A stretch of DNA of 64,000 nucleotides from Nitrospira sp. (GTDB lineage: Bacteria > Nitrospirota > Nitrospiria > Nitrospirales > Nitrospiraceae): assembly GCA_047150005.1 (NCBI GenBank), contig AP038806.1, positions 3,200,001 to 3,264,000 on the forward strand, given 5' to 3'. A program made the position numbers and the translations under genes. Below the pieces are notes generated by a model. That model was not told the DNA's origin and ran no database searches. It was given only the letters and a program-made list of their open reading frames with translations. Of the stretch, positions 9,864 through 19,251 are shown piece after piece (position 1 is the first letter of the stretch; the number at the start of each line of letters is the position of its first letter).

Positions 9864-11291
9864 CTATTCCTGCACCGGAGGGTCCGTTTCACCGCCGCTC
9901 TCGCTGTCCGGCCTGCCGATTCCCAGCGTGTCCATTCGATATTTCAGCATGCGGCGGCTGATGCCCAGTTGGTTCGCCGCGTGAGTTTGGATGTAGTTGT
10001 TCTTTTTCAAGGCATCCAGAATGATCTCACGCTCGAACTCCATCACGGCCTTTTCAAGAGATAGACGCCCTGCCAGGGTATCGTCGCGTAACGACGAGGA
10101 GCGGCTGTCGTTGCGAACGATCGTCGGGAGGTGCTCCGGAGTGACGTTATCCGATCCTTTTGACCATATGAAGGCCTGCTCGATGATGTTCTCCATCTCC
10201 CTGACGTTGCCGGGCCACGGATAGCGTGTCAGGAGGTCGACGGCGTCCTTGGAGAACTCTTGGTGCGGTCGGTTATCCTCTTCGATGCGCTTCGATAGGA
10301 AATGTCTGGCAAGCAGCGGGACGTCTTCGCCTCGATCCCGCAACGGAGGAAGGTAGAGGGCGATGACGTTGATGCGGTAGTAGAGATCCTCCCGAAACTG
10401 TCCTTTCCTGACGAGCTCCTCGAGGTTCTTGTTGGTCGCCGCGACGATTCTGACGTCCACCTTGATGGCCTGGACACCACCGATACGAGTAAATTCCCGC
10501 TCCTGAAGGACGCGAAGCAACTTGGCTTGAGTCATGGCGCTCAAGTCGCCAATTTCATCCAGAAACAGCGTGCCGCTGTTGGCCAGCTCGAATTGGCCGA
10601 CTCGTCTGGCCGTGGCGTCCGTGAAGGACCCCTTTTCATGACCAAACAATTCGCTCTCGATCAGGGTTTCGGGGAGCGCGGCACAGTTCAGCGCGACGAA
10701 CGGACGATCTCGCCTCCCACTGTTGAAATGCAGCGCTTTGGCGACCAATTCTTTTCCGGTTCCGCTCTCGCCGGTGATGAGCACCGTCGTTCGGCTGTCG
10801 GCGACCTGCTCGATCTTGGTATAAATCTCCTGCATCGGACGGCTTTTCCCGATGAGGTTGTGAAACGCATATCGCTGCGTGACTTGCGCCCGGAGGGTCT
10901 GGACCTCCCGTTCGAGCTCCTTTGAATTGAGCGCGCGGTCCACCACGATGCGGAGTTCCTCCGCGTCGAACGGTTTAGACAGGTAATCCGCCGCTCCCAG
11001 CTTCATGGCGTCCACGGCCGTCTTCACCGATTTTGTGCCGGTCAGCATGATGATGGGGGCCGGACAGTCTTCCGACCGCAGCGACTGGAGTACCGACAGC
11101 CCGTCCGTACCGGGAAGAATCACGTCCAGAAGGATCAGATGGGGCGCTTCCTTGTGGTAGAGGTCAAGCCCTTCCTGAGCGTCGGCGGCCTGGATGACCT
11201 CATAGGTGGGTTCGAGGACGGCCTTCAAGGATGCGCGAACACGCGATTCGTCGTCGATCAAAAGGACTCGCTTTTTCACGCTGGCAATCAC
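9864..11291 (-). CDS. Sigma54-dependent NtrC-family response regulator
   Basis: REC, GESGTGKE, ELFGHEKGSFTDA, FLDEIG, WPGNVRE, Fis-type HTH. Confidence 0.95.
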   Translation of the reverse strand: MIASVKKRVLLIDDESRVRASLKAVLEPTYEVIQAADAQEGLDLYHKEAPHLILLDVILPGTDGLSVLQSLRSEDCPAPIIMLTGTKSVKTAVDAMKLGAADYLSKPFDAEELRIVVDRALNSKELEREVQTLRAQVTQRYAFHNLIGKSRPMQEIYTKIEQVADSRTTVLITGESGTGKELVAKALHFNSGRRDRPFVALNCAALPETLIESELFGHEKGSFTDATARRVGQFELANSGTLFLDEIGDLSAMTQAKLLRVLQEREFTRIGGVQAIKVDVRIVAATNKNLEELVRKGQFREDLYYRINVIALYLPPLRDRGEDVPLLARHFLSKRIEEDNRPHQEFSKDAVDLLTRYPWPGNVREMENIIEQAFIWSKGSDNVTPEHLPTIVRNDSRSSSLRDDTLAGRLSLEKAVMEFEREIILDALKKNNYIQTHAANQLGISRRMLKYRMDTLGIGRPDSESGGETDPPVQE

Positions 11292-11306
11292 TCCATCTCT
11301 AGCCGG

Positions 11307-12584
11307 TTATGACGAGAGGGCGGGCAGGTTCACGAGAAACGTCGTTCCTTGTCCCGGCACGCTGCGGACTTGGATCTCACCCCGATGCTCCTGAATGATC
11401 TGGTGCACGATCGTCAATCCAAGTCCGGTTCCTTCGTGTTCGCCGCTTTCGTGCTTGGTTGTGAAGAACGGATCGAAGATGTGTTCCAGATTGCCTTCCG
11501 GAATACCTTCTCCGGTATCCTCCGTTTCTACTTGCACCCAAACTCTTCCGCCGGGTCTGTTCAAGAGTTTCGTGCGGACGCGCAGGAAGCCGCCCTCTTC
11601 TCCCATGGCGTCCAGGGCGTTCAAGAACAGATTCAAGAAGACTTGCTTGACTTGTTGACGGTCCAGCATGACACGAGGCAGGTTCGACGCCAACTGTTTT
11701 TCGATCTTGATCCCTTTGGTGTCGGCCTTGACGTCGATGAAATAGAGACAGGACGACACAATGTCGTTGATGTCTTCTTCGGTCAGTTTGGGTTCCATAT
11801 ATCGTGCGTAGTCGAGGATCTCGTCGATGAGTCGTTCGATCCGGTACACGTCGTCGAGCACGATACGGCTAAAGTCCCGTATGAAGTCCGGGTCGTCCTT
11901 GCGCTCTGGAGCTAGTTGAATGAAGGTTTTGATGGAGGTCAACGGGTTGCGGATCTCGTGAGCGAATCCTCCGGCGATCGTCTCCAATGACTTGAGGCGG
12001 TCCGTTCGTTTCATGAGCAGGTGCGAGCGGTGCAGGTCTTCATAGAGCATCAGTCGGTCGACCGCATTCGTCGCCGTTTGTGCCAGGACGGCCAACAAGG
12101 CACGGACAGACGCCGCATCGTGACCGCGAGGCTGTGCCGAGTCCAACAAGGAAAACGCGATCAGTTGCCCGCGGCTGACATGTGGCAGCGCAAGCGCCAT
12201 GCCCATGGCCGCCAATGTCGGCTCGTCGGAAGATTCGAGGGCGAATAATCCACCGGAGGTGGGAGAATGATGCGGGCCCCCCTCCGCTTGCGGCGACGCC
12301 AGTCGATTCGGGACGGGATGGTCCAAGGCCATGGATTCGGGAAATCTGGTCGCAGACGATGAGCCCGTCGCAGCTGCCCGACGGTAATGTTCATGCTCCC
12401 GGTCGAGAAGGTAGAGAGCCCCTTGCGTTGCGCCACCCACTCGACAGAGTTCTTGGATGGCGCGCCCGCTCAAGGGGTTCAAATCGGTCATCGCGCCCAA
12501 GTCGATGGAAAATCGTGTCAGCTGATCGAGAAATTTAGTGGTCGGGGAACTGTCCGATGCAGGATTCGCAGGTCGTATCGACAT
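11307..12584 (-). CDS. Cytoplasmic sensor histidine kinase with GAF-like N-terminus
   Basis: AHEIRNPL H-box, NLFLNA N-box, DTGEG, FDPFFTTK, GTGLGL; no transmembrane segment seen. Confidence 0.93.
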   Translation of the reverse strand: MSIRPANPASDSSPTTKFLDQLTRFSIDLGAMTDLNPLSGRAIQELCRVGGATQGALYLLDREHEHYRRAAATGSSSATRFPESMALDHPVPNRLASPQAEGGPHHSPTSGGLFALESSDEPTLAAMGMALALPHVSRGQLIAFSLLDSAQPRGHDAASVRALLAVLAQTATNAVDRLMLYEDLHRSHLLMKRTDRLKSLETIAGGFAHEIRNPLTSIKTFIQLAPERKDDPDFIRDFSRIVLDDVYRIERLIDEILDYARYMEPKLTEEDINDIVSSCLYFIDVKADTKGIKIEKQLASNLPRVMLDRQQVKQVFLNLFLNALDAMGEEGGFLRVRTKLLNRPGGRVWVQVETEDTGEGIPEGNLEHIFDPFFTTKHESGEHEGTGLGLTIVHQIIQEHRGEIQVRSVPGQGTTFLVNLPALSS

Positions 12585-12682
12585 GTCACCCGGGAGGCGG
12601 AGGTCCTACTTCAACGTCTGGCTGACTCTGCTGCGCTCAATCTAGCCCCTGTTCAAAGATGTACGGAGTATACACTGATGGG

Positions 12683-15600
12683 CTAGAACGAGCTAGAGGA
12701 AATCCGTTTTCCTACGATGGCAACCAGGGCTTGACCATTGAAGATGGAACTGATGCGAAACGGCTGGGCCCCGGACTGGCGCAGCAGGGAGGCCAGGGCG
12801 TTGTGGTCGAAAGTATGCAGGATACCATGACGTATGGCTTCGTGCAGACGCCCAAGGTAATGGAGGACGCCTTGAGGCTGTGCGCCGAACTCATCCTGGT
12901 TCGCCAGCCGGAGGTGTCGTCGGTAGAGGGTAGAAAGGTCCGTGTCAGGATGAAACGTCGTAAAGACGAGACGCCCTTGCGGATGGAGAACCCTGACCCA
13001 CTCGCGAACCGTGGCATGCGGCGAGTTAACGAAGGACAATGAAAGATTGCAGACCATACGGTGTACCGATTGCGAACGGAATGGGAGCGCCTGGGCCCAA
13101 TCCGCGCGCATCCACGCGCATTTCATCGCAGGAATCGATGTAAGCCCTCCGCCTGCTCCGCTGGCCAATTCCCGCTGCAGTGTGCCTGTGTGATGCCGCA
13201 CCTGCCGTACGTGGTCCGCATCGCGTCCCAATCCGATGAGGAGCGGAGCCTGTTCCGGCGACTGCCTCCTCTGCCTCGTCCAATAGGAGTGGTTGATGAG
13301 TATCGTCCGGGTCATGTCGCCCTGTCCGAGACCCGCATCCACGACGATCGTTTCCGGAGACAGCGGGGTGAGGAAGGCATGCAGATCGTCCAGGAGTTTC
13401 CGGTATTCATGAAGATTGGTCAGGTGAGGGAGTTGTTGCAGATGAGCCAATGCCAGTGCATCGCGGTTGATCTGGGATACGTTGCGATGCAGGCGAGTCT
13501 GTTCCAACTCCAAGCGTAGCTGGCGCGCAAGCACCTCCGGGGTCGCGAGACCGAGGTCGGTGGAGACCGGCTGCCATGGCAGCGCGATCGTGATGTGCTC
13601 GAGGATCTTCCGAAATGCCGCGGACTCCGTCTCATCGGCATGGAACCGGCCGGCGATGGAGGAAGGAATGCTGATGATCCTTGTCTGGCTGCTGAGGGCG
13701 CTGAGAAAGTCATGCGGCAGATCCGAGGGGGGAAGCGGGCTTGCTTCGTTCCGTGGACCGGTGACGATCGCGAGCGAGGAATGCAGGAGCCGGATGTCCT
13801 CAAGGGTGGAGCCAAGGTCCGTCATGCGGCCTGCAATGGCGTCGGCCGCGAATTGGTCGAGATTGACGTTGAGGCCCACTAGATTTGTGGTCCCGCGCCG
13901 CAAGCCATAGCGATAATCCCCGATCAGATCGTGTCCGTGGACGGCCATCAGGGCGGCTCCGACGTCGATGACGGGATTCAGGAGCATCAGTAAGTCGAGC
14001 GGATGCGTCTGAACCGTCATCTTCAACGCCGCTCGAGCGCTCAGATCACTGGCTAAGACCACGACGCGGGCAGATGGCCACGTGTGGTGGACGAACTCGA
14101 CGACCTTGGCGAGATCCGCCTGCATACCGCGTAGTGTCGTGTTCTGCGGCTCCCCGTCGCTCAGACCGAGGTGATTGGCATGGTCATAGCGCAGCACGCG
14201 CAGTCCCCGGCTTAGCAGAAAATACGACAGACCGGCATAGTCGCGCGACGTTTGACCGTAGCCTGGTGCGATGATCAGCACCGGAGTGTCCGGCGCCATC
14301 GGCCGTCCGAGGTGATCGTCGATGATAACGATGGTCTGACCCCGGGCAGTTCGGCATTCCCGTTGAATGCTGACGATCGATGTCTCGCCATGAGTTTTTG
14401 TGAGGGGGGGCGCCGAAAGGTGCTGCCGAACGAGGCGAGCCAATTCGCGCTCGGCATAGGGAGTCAGCGACAAGAAGCCGACCCCGACGCGCGTGGCTGG
14501 GACGATGTGGCCCGGTCGAAACTCGCTCGAAGAGGCGGCATCCGGAGCCGACCAGACGATCCTGACCGGCAACGAAAAGTCCGGCGTACCGGGTTCGTGA
14601 AGGCCTGAATGGCTCGAGATTTTCCCCGAGGCGAAGCGGAGGAGCATAGAGTCCCGGAGACGGTCGGGACTGGCGTTGACGACGAGGTACGCTCCCTGGC
14701 GGCTGATGTCCACTACTCGGGCGATCAACCGGTCCTGCGCGGCCGTGTCCGTGTCCAGTCGAGCCGGGAGGGCCAACGGTACCCGTACGGTTTCCCGTCG
14801 GTCGTCGCCATAAGGTGCCGAAGGTGGACGATCTCCCACGGTCGACGTCAGTTGGACATCGAGGGAAAAGCTCAGCGACTGTTCTCGGGCGGCCTCGATG
14901 AAGGATGCCAGAACAGAAGATTCCGAATCACTGGGCGCGTCGAAGATCAGAATCAGACGAACGGGCGGTATTCCTTGCGACCTCGCCGTATCGCTGGTCT
15001 GGCGCGGGATGGCCGAGGCGGCCAGCTCCAACGTCCCGACCGAGGTCCGCAGCACGACTGGAACGGCCTGCTGATCGAAGGTCGGGAAGTCTGAGGCCAG
15101 GGTGACACAGGCGCCTCCCTGACTTAGGTTGACGAGAGTGCCGTGCCAGACCGCCGACCCGATGGTCACGCGAGACGGCAACGCGGTGGCGACACGCGGA
15201 GCGGCCCTGCGATCTTTCTCGTCGCGATGGTGCGGGAGGGGCAATGGGCGGTCCTCCTCGACTCGTAGGCGCGTGATGGGGACGGATTCGATGGCCTCGG
15301 CCGCCGGCGTTCCGGCGATGACGGGAAGTCGCAGGACGACGCGAAGCGGCCCGATCGCGGGGAGAGAGAAGTCCAACCTGGCGCTCAGTGAAGAAACCAG
15401 GCCGTAGAGAACCGGCCAGTCCACGATATCCGGTGTGTCCGGCTGGGATGCTCTGTCTAATTGTTCGGTCGGTGAGGTTTCCGACTCAAGACATTCGATC
15501 TCGATTTCGCTCGGAGGGGGTAGGGGGAACAGCACAGGACCGGCTCCTTCTGACGTTCGACCGACCGTGCCTGTCCGAATACTCAGGGTGCGACTCCGCC

Positions 15601-16843
15601 TGCCGGCGACCAGCATGGTTCGCATGGCTAACAGGAGTTGACGCAAGCACTCGACGGCTTGCGCATGATCGCCTGAAAACAACGGCAACTGGGAAGCATA
15701 GTCCGTCGTGACGGCGAACGGCCAGGTGCTGCGAACGGACAAGGACGCCAACGCTTCTTCAATGAGGTCGTTGATGGTGCGTCCGACTGCGGATTGGTCA
15801 GCCGTCGTATGCATAAGCTCGACAAGCCGGCTCCGCAGGGTCCCGGCGGCAGTCGATTGTTCGACGAGACCAGCCAACTTGTCTTCCAGATTGGCGGAGC
15901 GCACGGTGTCCAGGAGGATCTGGGCCTCCTGGCGCAGAGCTTCCAATGGTCGGACGATCTCCTCGGATAGCGAGATGAACTGGTGAATGACTGTTCGAGG
16001 CATGTCGCCGCCCGTTGCTCCTGATATCGAGCCTTGAACCGCGTGCCTCCCGGCTCGATCGGAGGTCAGGCGGCGGATGATCCCGATGGTGCCCAGAAAG
16101 CGCCGGTGCGGATCGTACAGGCCGCGCGCACGCACTTCCGCCGGCACGGCTTTCTCGGGCTGGTCCGCCGAGGGCTTCCCCCGAAACATCAGCTCGATGC
16201 TTTGGGTGCTTCGGGAGCCGGACCGCCGTTCGTTGAAGCGGAAGGCGGCCGCCGCATGGTCTTTCGGAGAAAACACCGTGGTATAGGGGGTGCCGACGAG
16301 TTCTTCCGGCGCATAACCGAGTAACAACGACACATTCGGGCCGAGCGCCACGAACTGTCCGTCGGCGTTCAGTTCATAGAAAATGTCCGGTATCGCGGCG
16401 AGCAGGTGTTGATAGCGCGCCTCCATACGTGCCGCGGCGATTTTGAGCTCCTGCTTTTCCAGCGTTTGTCTGGCGCAGAAGAGGAGTTCAGCGAGAAACG
16501 CGGGAGATTGCTTGGATAGAAGAAAGTCCGCGCCCGCCTGCATCGCATGAGCGGCCATGGCGGCATCGGGTTGGTCGCTTTGTAGGATCACCGAAGCATG
16601 GGCGGCCTGCCGCTTGAGGTCTTCGATCAATCCCTGATCATGTCCGGCAAGACATCCGTCATCGACGACGATCAAGATCCATTCCATCGCATATGTCTGG
16701 GAGAGGACTTTGGCCTCCTCCGCGGAATAGGCGACGTCAACGCGGCAATCCGAAAAAAATCCGCGAAAACCGACCGTGATGAGCTTGACCTCTTGAGGAT
16801 GGCTGTTGACGATCAGGATCGAAACCGGCATGCGCTGCGCCAT
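12683..16843 (-). CDS. Multidomain signalling protein: REC-PAS-degenerate kinase-2xPilZ-LuxD-like alpha/beta hydrolase-class I SAM methyltransferase
   Basis: 1386-aa ORF; PAS (LLGYAPEELVG), PilZ RRAAPRV/NLSQGG and RRETVRV/DISRQG, LuxD-like RVLRYDHANHLGLSDG and ASDLSAR, MTase VDAGLGQG and LPF...RVLHPQGRL. Confidence 0.85.
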   Translation of the reverse strand: MAQRMPVSILIVNSHPQEVKLITVGFRGFFSDCRVDVAYSAEEAKVLSQTYAMEWILIVVDDGCLAGHDQGLIEDLKRQAAHASVILQSDQPDAAMAAHAMQAGADFLLSKQSPAFLAELLFCARQTLEKQELKIAAARMEARYQHLLAAIPDIFYELNADGQFVALGPNVSLLLGYAPEELVGTPYTTVFSPKDHAAAAFRFNERRSGSRSTQSIELMFRGKPSADQPEKAVPAEVRARGLYDPHRRFLGTIGIIRRLTSDRAGRHAVQGSISGATGGDMPRTVIHQFISLSEEIVRPLEALRQEAQILLDTVRSANLEDKLAGLVEQSTAAGTLRSRLVELMHTTADQSAVGRTINDLIEEALASLSVRSTWPFAVTTDYASQLPLFSGDHAQAVECLRQLLLAMRTMLVAGRRSRTLSIRTGTVGRTSEGAGPVLFPLPPPSEIEIECLESETSPTEQLDRASQPDTPDIVDWPVLYGLVSSLSARLDFSLPAIGPLRVVLRLPVIAGTPAAEAIESVPITRLRVEEDRPLPLPHHRDEKDRRAAPRVATALPSRVTIGSAVWHGTLVNLSQGGACVTLASDFPTFDQQAVPVVLRTSVGTLELAASAIPRQTSDTARSQGIPPVRLILIFDAPSDSESSVLASFIEAAREQSLSFSLDVQLTSTVGDRPPSAPYGDDRRETVRVPLALPARLDTDTAAQDRLIARVVDISRQGAYLVVNASPDRLRDSMLLRFASGKISSHSGLHEPGTPDFSLPVRIVWSAPDAASSSEFRPGHIVPATRVGVGFLSLTPYAERELARLVRQHLSAPPLTKTHGETSIVSIQRECRTARGQTIVIIDDHLGRPMAPDTPVLIIAPGYGQTSRDYAGLSYFLLSRGLRVLRYDHANHLGLSDGEPQNTTLRGMQADLAKVVEFVHHTWPSARVVVLASDLSARAALKMTVQTHPLDLLMLLNPVIDVGAALMAVHGHDLIGDYRYGLRRGTTNLVGLNVNLDQFAADAIAGRMTDLGSTLEDIRLLHSSLAIVTGPRNEASPLPPSDLPHDFLSALSSQTRIISIPSSIAGRFHADETESAAFRKILEHITIALPWQPVSTDLGLATPEVLARQLRLELEQTRLHRNVSQINRDALALAHLQQLPHLTNLHEYRKLLDDLHAFLTPLSPETIVVDAGLGQGDMTRTILINHSYWTRQRRQSPEQAPLLIGLGRDADHVRQVRHHTGTLQRELASGAGGGLTSIPAMKCAWMRADWAQALPFRSQSVHRMVCNLSLSFVNSPHATVREWVRVLHPQGRLVFTTFHPDTDLSTLYRRHLRLANQDEFGAQPQGVLHYLGRLHEAIRHGILHTFDHNALASLLRQSGAQPFRISSIFNGQALVAIVGKRISSSSF

Positions 16844-17176
16844 CGAAAAATTCCCTGGCGTACCGAGGTCGTCCGGATCGTTCCGACCCGCGTCGGCAGA
16901 ACGCGCGGTCGTGCCGGCTATATCGAAACCGGGACGGGCCGGTCATGTCCGAGATCGTCGTCGACCGCACGTGTAGGTGGGTAAGTGAATATCATACGGG
17001 CTCGATGGAAACACAGTCCAGATAGGCCGGAACTCGCTCCCGCTTTGGTAGGGGGCGGGCGAACAGAACTGGAAAACTTGCACAAAAATGGACGGACGCC
17101 GAAAACAGGTCGAAGGGGCGGTACGCTGAACCGGCGGTCGCCTGGGCCGCCAGCCATGGCAGGAGCCGGCGGGAGA

Positions 17177-18184
17177 CTATCGGACTTGTGCCGTACTGGG
17201 ACCAGGACAGGCACCGGGAGTCATGTACAAGAGATAGTTGCCCATGCCGTGCTGCTCCTCTTTCTTTTGCAGCGGATGATGATGGACCATCACCATCTCA
17301 TAATCGTCCGTTTTCGTCACCGCAAACCCTTGGCCGTTCCTGTACACCTGGTGCGGAGGGAACTCCAGGAAGGTGCCGTCCATGGAGACATCGGGAACGG
17401 TCCGCAACAGAGTCTCCCTGCGAGTCTTGTTTTCCAATGCGATCAACAGCAACTCATCATGTCCGTGGGGATAGGCAAATTTGACGCAACCGTCCATCGA
17501 AAACTTCAGCGGGGCGGCATGGACTTGGACTCCCGCCTGGATCTCGATCCCTTCATCGGTCTGATCGGGACCGCGCTGGGCGAACTTGCTGTAACAGACC
17601 ACGTTCACACCGACTTGATACACGTCCATCTCCTTAACCGGAGCACCCTCACGGGCCATGTACATCGTAAAGCTGGCCATCACGTCCCGCGTGGGCGGGG
17701 CCTTGTGATAGAAAGCGACGACCGACATGAGGTTCTGGCCTTTGGCCAGTTTCACCCCGTAGCCGTCGGGGAACTTCGCCTCGGTCATTTCGAGACCGGC
17801 ACCGCCGAAGAACAACGGCTCACCGGGACAGGACACGCTCGGTTTGTCGTTGTTGAGCATCAGGATATGATGCAGATAGTTGCGGGGCAGCGGGGTGCCG
17901 TCCTTGGTGAAGACTTCGGACTTGAATCCGACCATATACATGTCCTTCGGCAATTGAAAGACATGCTTGGGCATCGAAGCGGCCAAGTCACCGTCATGGG
18001 CCGACGGTAGGTCGATCGGCCCGAACGTCAACCTGACCAGATCATCTTCGATCGTGACCTTCGTCGTGACCTGATTGGCCAGCGTGGGAACCGCGTGGTG
18101 GTCGTGCGCGTCATGTCCACCGGATGCCGAAGCCGGCGGTATCATGCAGAGGCTGACGAACAGCACAACGAAGGCTGGCAACAT
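17177..18184 (-). CDS. Exported copper type II (PHM/DBH-like) monooxygenase-fold protein
   Basis: Signal peptide from ATG 18184 (AGGAGG RBS), His-rich N-terminus, LHHILML, FPDGYG, YPHGH, GMGNYLLYM. Confidence 0.65.
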   Translation of the reverse strand: MLPAFVVLFVSLCMIPPASASGGHDAHDHHAVPTLANQVTTKVTIEDDLVRLTFGPIDLPSAHDGDLAASMPKHVFQLPKDMYMVGFKSEVFTKDGTPLPRNYLHHILMLNNDKPSVSCPGEPLFFGGAGLEMTEAKFPDGYGVKLAKGQNLMSVVAFYHKAPPTRDVMASFTMYMAREGAPVKEMDVYQVGVNVVCYSKFAQRGPDQTDEGIEIQAGVQVHAAPLKFSMDGCVKFAYPHGHDELLLIALENKTRRETLLRTVPDVSMDGTFLEFPPHQVYRNGQGFAVTKTDDYEMVMVHHHPLQKKEEQHGMGNYLLYMTPGACPGPSTAQVR

Positions 18185-18279
18185 GGTACCTCCTAAGGCC
18201 GATTTATCCACAATCTCTCGCAACCCATGAGTTCTTGCTGAGTCTGAATCAATACCATGTAGTCAAAAGCGGAGCAGGC

Positions 18280-19176
18280 TCACTGACTCGGCGAGGCCGG
18301 AGTGATCCTCTTCCATACGTATGTGCCGCCCCATTGCCGAGGAGGAATATTCTTCTTGTCGCCCACTCGCGTATACCACCAGACGCCTTTGGCTTGCATG
18401 CCGTCCTCGGACAGTAGGACTTCGAAACCCCCTTCACGGTCGTTTCCCGTTTGGTGCCATGTGCCGTGCCAGGCGCGGTCTTCGAATTTTGTCGTGACGA
18501 AGCGTCCGCCTTGTTGGCTGTAGGGTCCGTTCCCGGCCTTGTCCAGTGTCGCCTTGTACGTCTTGTTGTCCTCGACTTCGAGGATGTCCCATTCACCGCT
18601 CAGATCCGCTTCCCCGTCCTGTGAGACCGCGACAGGCCGCGCGGAGGAATTATGCGATTCCTCGTCGGCCAGTTGAACGGCGCCGCCGGAGTTTCGGAAC
18701 GATTCGTGCCAGGACAAGAGCACCCATTGTCCGTCGCGGCGTTCCAATACACCGGTTTCCCGCAGCGGCAGCAAGGCCCGTTGGTGCCCCTTGTCCTGCA
18801 CGACGGTGCGGATGTAATCCAGCTCCATCGTGTACCAGGCGAGATCGCCCTTGGTCCAAACCTTCAATTCCCGGATCGGAAGTTCAAGTTTGGCGGCCGA
18901 GCCGAACTCCTCGAGCATGTCGCGCTCGATGTCGGGCCATCCGACGTATTTTCTCCCTCCGATTGTATAACTGATAATGTCGGAGTCGTGGGCCATCAGT
19001 CGTGATAGGGCGGCCATGTCCTTGTCGGCATTGGCGCGAACCATGGCACGAATAGCTGCCTCTGGTCCGTGGTCCTCCGCGGCTGCCGGTCGTCCTGATG
19101 GGCTTAAGAGGATCGCGCCGACGCTCAGAGCCCATGCCGTCCGACGAATCAGTTGTCGCATCCTCATTCCCGACAC
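18280..19176 (-). CDS. Exported SnoaL/NTF2-like domain protein with a C-terminal beta domain
   Basis: Signal peptide, DMAALSRLMAHD...RETGVLERRDGQWVLLSWHES pattern typical of SnoaL-like domains. Confidence 0.75.
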   Translation of the reverse strand: MSGMRMRQLIRRTAWALSVGAILLSPSGRPAAAEDHGPEAAIRAMVRANADKDMAALSRLMAHDSDIISYTIGGRKYVGWPDIERDMLEEFGSAAKLELPIRELKVWTKGDLAWYTMELDYIRTVVQDKGHQRALLPLRETGVLERRDGQWVLLSWHESFRNSGGAVQLADEESHNSSARPVAVSQDGEADLSGEWDILEVEDNKTYKATLDKAGNGPYSQQGGRFVTTKFEDRAWHGTWHQTGNDREGGFEVLLSEDGMQAKGVWWYTRVGDKKNIPPRQWGGTYVWKRITPASPSQ

Positions 19177-19206
19177 ACCTCTCAGCGTTGCGCGTCTTGT
19201 GAATCG

Positions 19207-19235
19207 AGGCTACATGCCCGATCTAATGTTGTCAA
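19207..19235 (-). promoter_or_regulatory. Putative sigma70 promoter of the SnoaL/PHM-like gene pair
   Basis: Minus strand TTGACA-N17-TAGCCT. Confidence 0.6.
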
Positions 19236-19251
19236 TGGTTCGATGGTCGAC
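19236..19251. repeat. Left 16-bp target-site duplication
   Basis: TGGTTCGATGGTCGAC, identical to 20658-20673. Confidence 0.95.

Noticed and set aside
16985..18010. 341-aa plus-strand ORF
   Set aside because: Antisense shadow of the PHM-like gene, which has the RBS, signal peptide and metal motifs
19215..19251. Possible dif/XerCD site next to the IS1202-family element
   Set aside because: No TTATG-type XerD arm or 11-6-11 layout, and the long 16-bp DR fits the non-dif-targeting subgroup
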